From: Ancylonema sp.
Lineage: Eukaryota
Length of the DNA stretch: 64,000 bases
Direction: 5' to 3'
NCBI GenBank assembly: GCA_050230475.1
Contig: JBFLGF010000006.1
Location: 1 to 64,000 of the forward strand
Below, in pieces: positions 11,216 through 23,044 of the stretch; positions within the stretch are counted from its first letter, which is position 1; the number at the start of each line of letters is the position of its first letter. A program made the translations under genes and the position numbers. The notes below the pieces were generated by a model. It ran no database searches. It was not told the origin of the DNA and saw only the letters and a program-made list of their open reading frames with translations.

Positions 11216-12120
11216 CTATTCTCGTCGCGGGACCAGGCAGAAATGGACTGCCTAATTCAGAATGAATCTAAAAATACCACCTTGGGTCGTTCAAATTTAA
11301 CTACGCGCTGAAAATCTCACTAGTGTCAGGTTGTAAGAATTTTACAAGCGTAGCAGTACGCCAGAGTGAACGTACTGGGCAAGATATCTAACGCTGTTTC
11401 TGGACGCGTCGAACGCACTATCGTACGCAACAAATGATCACCGCTACAATATTCAGCATCCGCTCAATGATATCAGCCTTTAACATCGCCATAGTCAAAG
11501 CTCAACGTAATCACAAAAAGACACGTCACCGCTCTTGCCAAAGCTTAGTTGGTATGCACTCTGGCGTAATGCAGCCAGAGTGCTCATGCATCAGAATACA
11601 TAGTCCGAAAGTCCTACAAGACACTTCCGACTCACTAGTACTTTCCGTACGCTAGACTATAATCTACGCCGTACGCATGCGTCCGATCGGATGCATCTAG
11701 TCCAAGCATATCCTACCCAACGTCGCAATCACTAACGATCACAATCGACCAATCACATTCATGCCAGCATGGCACTATATGACCCCACAACCCGGGAGCC
11801 GGACCCGACCGACCACGTTTCGCTGGAACGTCCGCCTGACACCCGTTATACTGAACCGCAACCAAAAGTCAAACGGCTAGTAACTATCCCTCGCTACACC
11901 GATCGAATATCGATCGCTCTATCGAACAATTAATATTCCGACGGGCCCCTGCGCGGGCTCCCGCCCGCTGCCGCGCGAACAAATAAATAACCCAGCCCCC
12001 AGCCGCCTACCGCCCTACCGCAGACCAGACCGCATGCTAGCGGCGTCAACCGTACCCGTGTCAATACCCGGCGGGACCGTACGGCACACACGTGCCGCAC
12101 GTGCGACTGGAATAAGTATG

Positions 12121-15100
12121 GCACCTCTACTTCGGTTGACACTGACGAACAACTCGTGACATCCATAAGTTCAAGCAACAATGTGATTGCAAATGAAGAT
12201 AGTGGATGAAAAGAATTACTTGGAGGCTGTCGCCAATACAACCTTTATCCCTCGAGTTACAAAAAAATCTTGAACATTCCGAGTACCGTACAATTTTATA
12301 TACGGCGCCGCAAATGTCTAGTCACATTGCTAACTCATCTAGTCATCCGAATAACCTGTCCCAACCCCTATCAATATCCTAGTCATGTCTACCAATTTAC
12401 TAGAACCTTCCCTCAACTTATTTCTTTTATATGAATCATATCATCGATCAAGTGTCGAACAATCGACATATCGATGTACCGAACAATTACTGTCCTTTCA
12501 AAAAATAACCCCTAATATGTCGATATTCCAAAATTTCATTTTTCATTTACTTCCAATACACCCCCTAATTTAAAAATCCGACAAACTTAAACCCAATGAT
12601 TACAACTTCCATATCCCAAAAAAAAAGTAATCTAATACTAGTACTTACCAAACTTTTGTCTCTTATTAACTCTTACAAAGTTGACATCTTTACTGTCGAA
12701 AAAAAATACTAATCCAAAAGTTCATCTCGTCTCATTATCACATCCCAATTCCTTTCACCTTGGTTCAAAACACATTCTGAAATTGTTTACTCCGCCACAT
12801 ATACTTCCTTTCTTCCTTCTCATATCGTTCTTTTGACTGTTCGGAATGTCACAGCGTCAATCCTCTCGAACGTTTTCTCACAAGAAACTAATCATCAATA
12901 TACTGTCCATGTTCACTGCGGATTTGATTGCTGGCTCCAGAGTCTATCAACGTGTTTGTCGATCCCCTTAACTCCAGGTGGAATATACAAGGATTGCACT
13001 CCTTTGCACTCCTTGATCTTGAAACTTGAGTCCCCCGTCGATCATTACCAAGTATGCTCTCTCTGTGAATGCCTTCTGTCGTCGACGATCACATTCCAAC
13101 ATTTTATTCCTCTTTGATGCAACAGCACCTCCTAGCTTCTTCTTCAGGGCTCTCCACTTTTCGTGTTTTGTTTCCAGATCTGCAACTCGTTGCCTTCGCT
13201 CTTCTTCCTCTTCCTCACTCTCGTTCACGAGGTGTGGAACTTCTTCCTCATCTTCTGGCTCCAGGTTCACCTTCAACACTGACTCTGCCTCCTAATCGTT
13301 GAACTTCAACACTTGCTTGTTTGCCATAGTGATTCTAAAATCATCTCCCACTCGATCGTCGAGATTCTCAATCCCTCCGGGCCTCTGCAGCATTATCGAT
13401 CCATCTCTTCATACTATCCTCTGAATCGAAATGATTCGGCTCCACTCTCTCGCTGCTGATTTCGCTGAGATTTGTCAACATCAAGGCCACTTGGATGATG
13501 TTTCCTCTAATGACGCGGTCTGGTAGATCCCTTGCCATGGGCAGCGGCTCTGTGTATCCCTTTGCATATGCTCGCTCAACAATGTTCCATCCCTTTGATC
13601 CTCATCCTAAGCTACACCTCTCTTCTTTCTTGCTGCAGAAATTCTGATGCACATAGAAGTGGTTCAGCCTTTTGTACTCCCACTTGTGTCTTACCCGGCA
13701 GTCCAAATACGAAAGGAATTGCTCATGTTCCGTCCCCGATCGTCGGGAGTCTGCATTTCTCTCAGCTCTGCGTCCCATGGCCTCCCAAGGACCACCTTCT
13801 TGTATCTGAGTCGCCAGTCTAGGGTGATGTCGTTCTCCTTTAGGCGCTGCACCGAGATCAGATTCATTGCTCCTCCCGGGATGTAGAACACTCCACACAT
13901 TTGTGCGAGCATTCTGCCAAATTCGTCGTCGACCTCCAATATAAATGTTCCGATGTGCGTCACCTGGATGCTTCCACTCATGAATGGCAAAGTTATTTCT
14001 TCGTCGACGCTCTTAAGAGTGTGAAATGACTGGAGGTCGCAGCAGACGTGGTCGGAAGCACCGGTGTCGATCATCCATTTCTTTATCTCTCCAATCATGA
14101 GGAGCCCAGGTGGCATGATGTTTGTTCCCAGTGCAAATCCTTCATACACGCTCCTATTGTTGGTCCTTTCGAACTGCTGCATCTCCCCTTGTCCATCTCC
14201 ACTCTGTCCACCCCCATACTAGGTCCCGCCTCGGCGTTCTCGGTTGGAATTTCGCTGCCGTTTAGTCATCGATGGCACCCCCTGCTCCTTTGCTCTGCAA
14301 ACGTTCTCCATGTGACCTCGTCGGCCACAATGACCGCACCGGGTCTTTGTCGATCTGCAGTTTCGAGCGATGTGGCCGGGCTCTTCACAATTGTACCATC
14401 GTCCCGAATTTATGTTCCCGTTGTAGTTGCTTCCACCGCTAGTGCCCCTTGCATCGCCGTTGTAGCCGGTGCCTCCTTGGTTGTTGTTTCGGTTGACACT
14501 ACGACCGCTTGCTGACCGCTGCACCCATAAAATTTCCTCCTCCGTCATGTGGGCAGCTCCCTCCGTCACTAATGGCGTGTCTTTCTTCTTCCTGAATTCT
14601 AGATCGAAATCCCTCAGCGAGTGTTCGATTCGCTCCAATGATGGCTTCGTGTCCACCAACTCACAATTGCCCTTGACCTGTTTGTACTGGGGGTTGCCTT
14701 GAGCGAGTATGACTCGTCTCGCCTGATCAACGACCACCGCCACCTTCTGATATATGCAGGCTTGTCGAAGTGCGTTGAACCGGCTGATGGTCTCGTCCGC
14801 GGTTTCCTCAAGAAGGTGAGCGAATGCCATAAAATTGTCGGTGGCTGCATCTCGCGCTGCGGTCGAAATTCACGCATATTTATCATGGATCTTCTTCCAT
14901 AGTTTTACTAGATTATCCTCCTCGACGATGTAGTTTACTGCTTGGTCGTCCTGAATCGATTGCATTATCATGCTCCATGCTCTTCGTTTTGATTTTTCCC
15001 ACTTCTCTATCGACTTCAGAACCGCGTCGATCTGCGCCTGTTTCGTAATTGCCCCATCTCTCTGAGTCGGCGCTCGAGGGGGACCTAGTCTTGCTTGAAT

Positions 15101-15387
15101 TCCCAACGTTAGGTCGAGCGCCTCGAAATTGTCAAGTGCTCGCTGCATCTTCTCCGTAACAGTTCATAACCCGTCCGGAGTCCTCCCGCTCTGATACCAT
15201 GTTCGGATTCAGACATCCGGGACAACCTATTCTACGACTACCGCCATTCCTGTCAACCTATTCACTGGTTGATGCTTCTTGACACCCTATACATCGACTA
15301 ACGCTTTGACCACCTATACTTCGGTTGACGCCGATAAATTACCGGTGACATTTATATGATCAAGCAACAATGTGATTGCAAATGAAG
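12121..15387 (-). mobile_element. Internally deleted Ty1/copia LTR retrotransposon
   Basis: tRNA-iMet PBS TGGTATCAGAGC (15199-15188) follows an LTR ending in CA at 15200. It has gag with two zinc knuckles (14219-15148) and copia protease WMIDTGASDHVC (13691-14182). PPT GAGGGATAAAGGT precedes TG at 12240. LTR similarity links about 12121-12198 and about 15310-15387. No integrase core or RT is seen, and the left boundary is uncertain. Confidence 0.85.
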
Positions 15388-16249
15388 TGTCGTAGTGTAT
15401 AGGCTCGTGTCTTTGTAACGCGTGCGAGGATCCGGTACATAGGAACGGGTGGGTATATCCGGTCTATTGGACTTTGTGTCGTTATAACGGAGTAGAGAGT
15501 TCCATACGCCCCTGAGGAGTAAGGTGACTGGGAAGCTTTTGCGGATCTTCTTAGGCTTTATTATTATTGGCGCCCCCACTTACTTGTCCAATCATTGAGT
15601 TAAGGGTTCCATTCGCCATTTGAGTGAACAATAAGGGATTGCTCTGCCACTAGTCAATTGCCGTTACTTAGACTTTTGGTTCAGCCGCCACTCTTCGACT
15701 GGGTTGGTGCTCCACTTTTATACGTCTAGGGTTTGACTCTTGTACTCCGACAACATTTCCCGGAAGACTTAATTCAATATCTTGTGTACGTGCAATTCGT
15801 GATTCTCTGCGCAACGTGTTATTCCGTCGTAGCTAGAACGCCTTTAAGCCTGCTTGTGTGCTAGTTACATTTCGCACTTTCGGCACCCAAAGCTAACCTT
15901 GCTTTGGATAGTTGTTGTCGGAAAGTCACACCACGCGGATCAGATGCTTCAGTGGTCCCGCTTGGCCATGAATGTCGTGGTCACGCAATAGGAGTCCCAA
16001 GCCTGGGAGGTTAATTCGGAATTCATCGGCAAGCATTCACTGGGGTTACTAGTCCCCTAAGTCTGAGCTATTCGAAGAACTTGGGGCCGATTATCATCTT
16101 GATTTTGTAGCATTAAACCAGTAGCTGCGCAACTTGCGTTACGATCCGGCTTCGCCTGACTCTTCTCCTCTCTCTTCGGCGACGTCGGCTGTTAATCTGT
16201 GTATTGCGGACGACGACGACTACGAGATGTCGGAACGAGTGATTCCCAT

Positions 16250-18483
16250 ATGCAGTGGGGAGGTGGGGAAGCAATAATAAGTTTTCCTCAAACACGTGCG
16301 CACACATTTTAGGCGCATGTGTCTGCGGAAGGATCGAGTGCTACAGACCATGGAGGGCTACGGACAACTGGAGTTTCTTGACATGGACCTACGGAATTTT
16401 CTAGGAGCGGATACGGTCTCGATCAATTTCTACTGGACGCGCAACATATCCCCACAAGGGGACCTAAGCGTGCGGTCGCTCAAGCGCAAGGACGCGAGCC
16501 GACTTCCGCAACTATCGAGCTGTCTGGATGGAAGCCGATCGCGCGCACGAACCAGCGGTGCCAGCTCCTGAGCCTGACGACATGGGCAACTTTTTTCGAG
16601 GTCTCCGACGCCGATTTCAGACCCACTGTTGAACTTGAGACCTGAGGCGGGAGAATCCGTACACACGTTGTTTGTACGGGTGGAGGAGCCAACATCAGCC
16701 ACTGAGGCGGGCGGCATGAGTACACGTGCTGGAAATGCTCTTCGCTTCTACCACTTCGTGCCAGAACCGACGAAGACTATTATCACGCCGGACTATAATG
16801 CATAGCAGAAGCGAAGATGAGAGCAAGACCCGAGACTACCACCAATGACGCGAGAAGAAGTCCGCGACATGGCGTAGCGAGCTGAAAACAGGGCGAAAGT
16901 GGGCGCGCAATACAAAAACCTTGGCCTGTCTTTGATCTCCTCTGGAAAACACCTGCAGCCGCCTCAGCGTTAGCTTCCCCTTCCGTCTTCTTTCTTTCTT
17001 GTCTACTAGACCCCTGCTCCTATGCTTCTTGGCGTCTACACGCCTTCACCAGACACAAGGACGTGCCGCATCTCCGGGCAACCAGGACACGTGCTTGCTA
17101 GCTGCCCTTACAAGCAAACAGGTGTGCTAGTAGGACAACCTAGTGGCCAGCCACTGCAGAAACAACCACCATCTTGGGGGGAAGAGCCAGCCCAGGTTTG
17201 CCGCCTACAGCTCCAGATGCTGGAGCTAGACCCCCGCAACCGCGGTACCAGATCACCGATCAGGATTGGACTCCTAAGGCAACCTGCAATTATTGCAATT
17301 GGCAACATCATACCGAGGCACAGTGCAAGAAGCGTGGTGTGCTTGCAAATCCTTCCCCTGTCCCTTACCGTGCTACACTCGTGGGCAACACCTTCAGCAG
17401 GATGAGGTGCCAGCTCAAGATGGGACTTTGCCTTGCAGGTTTCCACTCAAATCAGCAGCCAAGGTTAGGTTTCAAATGCCCATCCTTTTTGTCTCCCTCG
17501 GTACGGCAATAGAAGGCAATAAGGTGCAGTCTTCAAACGGACCACATCTACTCTTAGGTCCAGGAATAGGTCAGTCAAGTCCGTCCTCAGGAGTGACTCG
17601 ATTTAGTCTTGTCTCACGTATAGGTCGGTCACGTACAACTCGTCATCAATCTTGCCAGCATGTACGAACCCTCTTAGACCTGAATCAAGGAGGAAGGGCA
17701 GCCCTCCGTCGTCTCTTTCGTCCTAACCACCCCTTAACCAACCTCACCACTGTATTGGAGGAGTTTCACACCGCAGCCCCTGTGCAGTTCACGGACAGCC
17801 CTCCTCACAAGATCGTCAACGTGGTGGGCCAAGAGCGCCGCGCTCCGTCCACCCTAGTCTCATTACCTAACATCCATGCGCGGCGACCATCTGGCAACCG
17901 CCCTGGGCCTGGCCAACTCTACAACCACGAGACTCATGTCTGGGAAGGGCCAACGATAGTAGAGAAGGAGCGCCTTATGGGCTTTGAAACGGACGACACC
18001 GACGGTGGTCCCACTGTCTCCCTCGCCTCCCGCCACCTGATGATTGGCCAAGCCATCGACCGGCACGTGCTGCGCTGGTTTGGCGGCATTCTCTCCTTCC
18101 TTCACCCCCGCTAGGGCTCAGACCCCACCCTTGGCCTCACGTCTGCACGGCAGGCTCTGAGGGGGGGGGAACTAGGACCGGGGGAAGAAGAAGAGGACCA
18201 GGACGAGCAAGCTGCTTTGCGCTTGCTAGTGGAGTTCTTCGCGCTACATAACAACGCGGACGAACGAGAGTTTTACTATGATGGAGAAGATATGCAGCCG
18301 CATAGCACCAACCTTGAGGAACACCTACACCTCCACAAGGCCCACCTGTGCGTGCACGACTGGATCCGGACTTTGCAGCATCAACAGCTGCTAAGAGGAG
18401 AGCCCCTCCAAGAACTCCTTCATGATGAGCAACCACTCATGGCTGCTGCAGGTGAGGATGTTGCCTCGAAACTGGGGGGGGAA
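16250..18483 (+). mobile_element. Third DNMT-family retroelement remnant: gag joined by deletion to the C-terminal half of the DNMT
   Basis: gag YGQLEFL, knuckles TCRISGQPGHVLASC and ATCNYCNWQHHTEAQC. DNMT TRD and motifs IX/X lie in the 17293-18114 ORF. A PPT-like CTGGGGGGGGAA ends at 18483. Boundaries are approximate. Confidence 0.7.
17700..18114 (+). pseudogene. C5-cytosine methyltransferase C-terminal part (TRD, motifs IX and X)
   Basis: EKERLMGF..T (motif IX) and SRHLMIGQAID (motif X). The upstream segment LTTVLEEFH..DSPP..N..GQER..TLVS aligns by eye with LREILREYH..DFPP..N..GGER..TIVS of 8615-9070. Confidence 0.8.
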
Positions 18484-20926
18484 TGAACAATGAACAATGA
18501 AGAAACATAAGAATTCCGGTTGTCGATGAGGTCGACGCATTTTGCTTGGCTAGCATTGTTGTGAAGCACCAATTTGTGTTCCTTGATGAGTTGTGATATT
18601 CTGCGTGTAATTGTTGCTTCTGCCCCTGCTTTGACCGCTTTGAAGACGACAACTTGAAAAAAATTATGTTGCGAGATCATTGCGTGGTATCGGTTTCGCA
18701 ATTCGTCTTCAGTAAGCTCGTGTAGCTCATCTGGTTCGAAGGTGGTGTTGTGAGCTCGAGAGAGGTCTGTATAAAAAGGAATGGTTGAAAGGAACTGAGT
18801 GTCAGGAGCAGGTAGAGAATGTTGAGGTGATGTAGGCAAGATGGTAAGGTAGGCAAGATGGCCTCCTCTGGTTGAGAGCCGAATTGAATAGAACGGCGTG
18901 GGCTGACACGTGCGGATTCACTAACCGAAGTATCGGTTGTGTCGGTTATCGGACCTTCACTTCGAAAATATGAAGGTATGAACCTCCTTCACTATAACTT
19001 CCTCTGATTTGGTATCAAAAGACATGATGTGATCTCTCCGGTAAGTAATCGGAGACGAAGGGGGCTGGATAATTTCAAATCGACCACTATTAACGACGGG
19101 AGCTCAAGAATAGCTGGTCTTATTTTTGAGAGAGGCTACGAAACCGGAAGTCGATAATTGTTGCCTAGAGGGCAACCCGAACTCCACATAAGACTCAAAA
19201 TATATCAATTACATCATGCTCATCTGACAGAATAAACGTGCTTGCACTGACCCTCTTAAAATATTAGATCTTGTATGTGGTGTGTGGGAACGTAGTGCCG
19301 GCAGAAATTGAGTCGAAAAATAAACAAATCGTCTGTTGACATCGAACATCGCCACGCAAATACCGCTTTGACGTGACCGTAGGTTCCAACTCCACACGAT
19401 CTCCTGTCAACGTCAATTGGGTGTTGCCGCTATTATACCCGGCAGACGATTCCAACGTTGGTGCTTTGACGTGACCAACGCAAAAACAAACGGTTATCAA
19501 AAGGTCAACGACGAGGGTAGATATTGACCAAGTCATTAATGCGGTGCGACATTTAATGCGCCTTGGCTGTCGCACCTTGGCAGGCCGGTACCAAGTATGA
19601 TCGACCAACCGAAGCACGTTTGAACAGCTCCCAATTGTGTGTGACGACCATTTCAACCAGAATGAAGCAGAAAGGCCAAAAAAGGCGATAAATTTATTTT
19701 TCTTCTCTTAAAGAGAACTTGAATTAAAAATGTTTCCTCAAAAGTGCCGCTCGTTGAAAGCGAAGTTTGTAGTGACCATCCTTTAATAGAGAAGTGTTGG
19801 ATGTTCAACGTGTAGTGACCATAACCATCAATTTTGAAGATGGTTATGTGAGTCACTCTTCGTGTCATCTTCGTGATCCAATAACTCCAAAAAAAAATGA
19901 TGAAAGATGATTTCATAATAGATTGTGCATCTCACGGGGTGAACTTCCTTGAGAAGAGGATAAAATAAAATAAAACCGTATCCTCTTCTATAATGACAAG
20001 TTTATTTGACGAAAACAAGAACCACTCCGGTTGAGTAGAAATAGTATACCATATACTTTTCTTCGGTTAACATCGATCGATATATGTGCGCATGTAAACA
20101 TAATCGGGTAGGTGATATATATGTCGTAAGAGAGATCATTATGGCTGAAATTATTGCAATAATGACCAAATAGCACGATAGATTAATCGATCGATTCCAT
20201 GACGTTAACACTCAAATATTCCGTTAGAAATGTTACGAAGATTGATATCCCAAATGCAATCAAATGATCCACGGAAGTAAAATAACGATAAGATATCATA
20301 TTTAATTCCAAAAGATTATCCGGATATGTTATCGCCAAAAAAAACTAAATCAACTACATTGCGTCACTCGGAATCGACATTTTATACTGACTAGAACATC
20401 CCGTAAGATCTTCGCAGCACTTTCACACACTTAATTACAAAGCTCGTTTATGCATCGATATTTTGTAGCAAATCTTTCTTTCGTAAAGAACACCTCGCAA
20501 GATTAAGCCCATTAGTGGGATGGATACCCCCCTTCCCCCAAAGCCCCCCTCCTCTTCGATAACCCCTCTTGGTTTATCATCAAATCTGGATTTCAATACA
20601 TTGTCGTAGTTATATTCCCCGAAAGACAAATTAAGATAAATTTAGTTTCAAAGTGCCCGTGATTGTTTTGCAACAACTCTTCCAACTGAACCCATCCGGT
20701 TGCGATTCAAATCGGGGGCGCCTCATGTGCATGAGAATCAATGGGGAGAAAAAATTGCTTAGGCATCAAATGAGGCAAAAATGAAGAAATTGTTTCCCCC
20801 AACCCTCTATTGGGCTCAAAACGATCGATGGATCTCTGAACCGGTGCCGATTGGGATAAGGTCCGATCCGGTACGATCCGGCTCGGGGATCGGGCCCAAT
20901 CCGGCCGAAGTGTCGTCTTTGCTATA

Positions 20927-22437
20927 CCGTAGAGGCCATACATAATGACCCGGGTAAATAAAAAAACAATTAATTTTTGTTGTGACCCACCAACTTGACC
21001 CGGGCAAAATATATTTATTATCCCGTGACCCACAATCATGACCCGGGTAAAATATATTTATTATACCGTGACCCGGCAAGCAAAATGACCCACCTTTGAA
21101 CAACACGCACTTTGTACCGTACGAGTACCGCACTGATTATGGCACTGTAAACCTTGGGGGGGTATCTTTCGGCCATCTATTTTCTGATATTCCTGAGGTT
21201 TTTTTTTCACTCTTCCGTTCACTTTCCTTTATCTCAAATTTATTCGCCGTTCATCCGTTCACTTTACACAAAAAAACTCGTTCACTTTCCTTTACCTCAA
21301 ATTCATTCGCCGTTCATCCATTCACTTCACACTAAAAAAATCGTTCACTTTCCTTTACCTCAAATTCATTTGCCGTTCATCCGTTCACTTTACACTCCAA
21401 AACCCGTTCACTGTCCTTCACCTCAAATTCATTCGCCGTTCATCCGTTCACACTTTAAACTCGTTTACTTTCCTTTACCTTCAATTCATTCGCCGTTCAT
21501 CCGTTCACTTTATACTAAAAAACCCGTTCACTTTCCTTTATCTGAATTCCATTCGCCGTTCATCCGTTCACTTTACACTAAAAAACTCGTTCACTTCCTT
21601 CATCTCAAATTTATTCGCCGTTCATCCGTTCACTTTACACTAAAAAATCCGTTCACTTTCCTTGACCTCAATTTCATTCGCCGTTCATCCGTTCACTTTA
21701 CACGGAAAAATCCGTTCACTTTCCTTCACCTCAAATTCATTCGCCGTTCATCCGTTCACTTTACACTCTAGAACCCGTTCACTTTCCTTCATCTCAATTT
21801 TATTTGCCGTTCATCCGTTCACTTTCGTTCAAAAGCCTTACCTCGGTGGGGTGCATTGTCGGCTCTAGGTGCATTGCGACCTTGCAGACTGCAGCAAACT
21901 CTCACACCTGAACACTAACTCAGGAATGGGAAGAGTCAATAGTGGTAGAGTATGAGTAGTGTGTAGTTAGTAGTGACTAGTAAGTGAGTGTGTGGAGATA
22001 TCCACTTTTTTTTTTTTAATTTCAATTTTTCGATTTTTCCTTACTTTTCTGAATTTTGAAGGGTATATAGTGGTTTTAAAAATATGGTTCTATATGTTGT
22101 TTATCATGTTGACTTGTTCATGGAGCAAAAATGTAAGAAACATATGCACCTTAATTGTTCCCCAACATGTCCATTTCCCCCCTCTAAATTTGTGAAGAGG
22201 AAACCAATGACGATAGATTACGCCGCTACGGGAGCATGATTGATTCTTGGCGATCGGGATCCAAACACATATGTATTTTGAGCAAAAAAACGAATAAAAT
22301 CGATTTTACGATATTGACCCACTACGCCGAATTTCGGAATTTATGGCGAGACCCAACCCCAGAAAATGAATTATTTAATTTGACCCAACCCCCCCTTTCA
22401 ATAATTATTTGCGGGTCATTGTGTATGGCCAGTACGG
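20927..22437 (+). mobile_element. Non-autonomous Tc1/mariner (pogo-like) TIR element containing an internal satellite
   Basis: TIR CCGTAnnGGCCATACAyAATGACCCG at both ends, flanked by TA. Related copies are at 52237-53249 and 54909-55130. Confidence 0.85.
21205..21830. repeat. Tandem repeat, about 62-bp unit, about 10 copies
   Basis: Repeating ATTCGCCGTTCATCCGTTCACTTTACAC...CGTTCACTTTCCTT..CTCAA. Confidence 0.92.
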
Positions 22438-23044
22438 TATACTACTTACTCGATGATACATGCGCCTCAACGTAATACGAAGTCGTTTACGGGGGTACAT
22501 TGTGGGCGAAGGTATCTAGGTCCGGTATCGGTCCCGGACAAGTCTGGATCCGAGACCAAAAACCGTTTCGCTATATTCTCGGACGTCCTGAGCCATCTAG
22601 GTTCGACTCCACACATGGACAACAAAGTAATTCTTTCGTTCGTACCTAAATTTTACATAAGATACATAGTGATCACCATATCCGTTCATGAAATCAATGT
22701 CACTAAGGCCCTACTTAAAATTTACTTAAAATTCATGTATCAAGAAATGCAGTCACGCTTACTTACAACTCATGAGCCCAAACCATTATTTGACAAAACT
22801 ACCCAAACAAATTACCCAAAACTACTCTTATCACTTTATCACTTACCCACTTATGTACTCCTATCCCACGGCCTCCTCAACCTCAAACCCAAACACAGTT
22901 CATTCATGTTTCTTTCTCAACACACTCGAATCCCCTTTGCATTAACAAGGAAAACAACACAATCTCCCCGAGCCACTCTCAACCACCTAGCTCTTACTCC
23001 CAACCGATCAGTTGCTCCTCAACACTAATTACAGGTACACTGCA

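Noticed and set aside
15388..15930. DIRS/tyrosine-recombinase element suggested by short inverted matches (CCGACAACA / TGTTGTCGGA)
   Set aside because: The matches are only about 10 bp and no recombinase ORF is visible.
18420..19920. ORFs 18420-18839, 19264-19656 and 19653-19916 as genes
   Set aside because: No recognisable domain or splice structure; possibly decayed TE sequence, but I cannot assign it.
21205..21830. CRISPR-like regular repeat array, and the 205-aa ORF 21154-21771
   Set aside because: The spacers are themselves repeats, there are no cas genes and the context is eukaryotic. The ORF simply translates the satellite.
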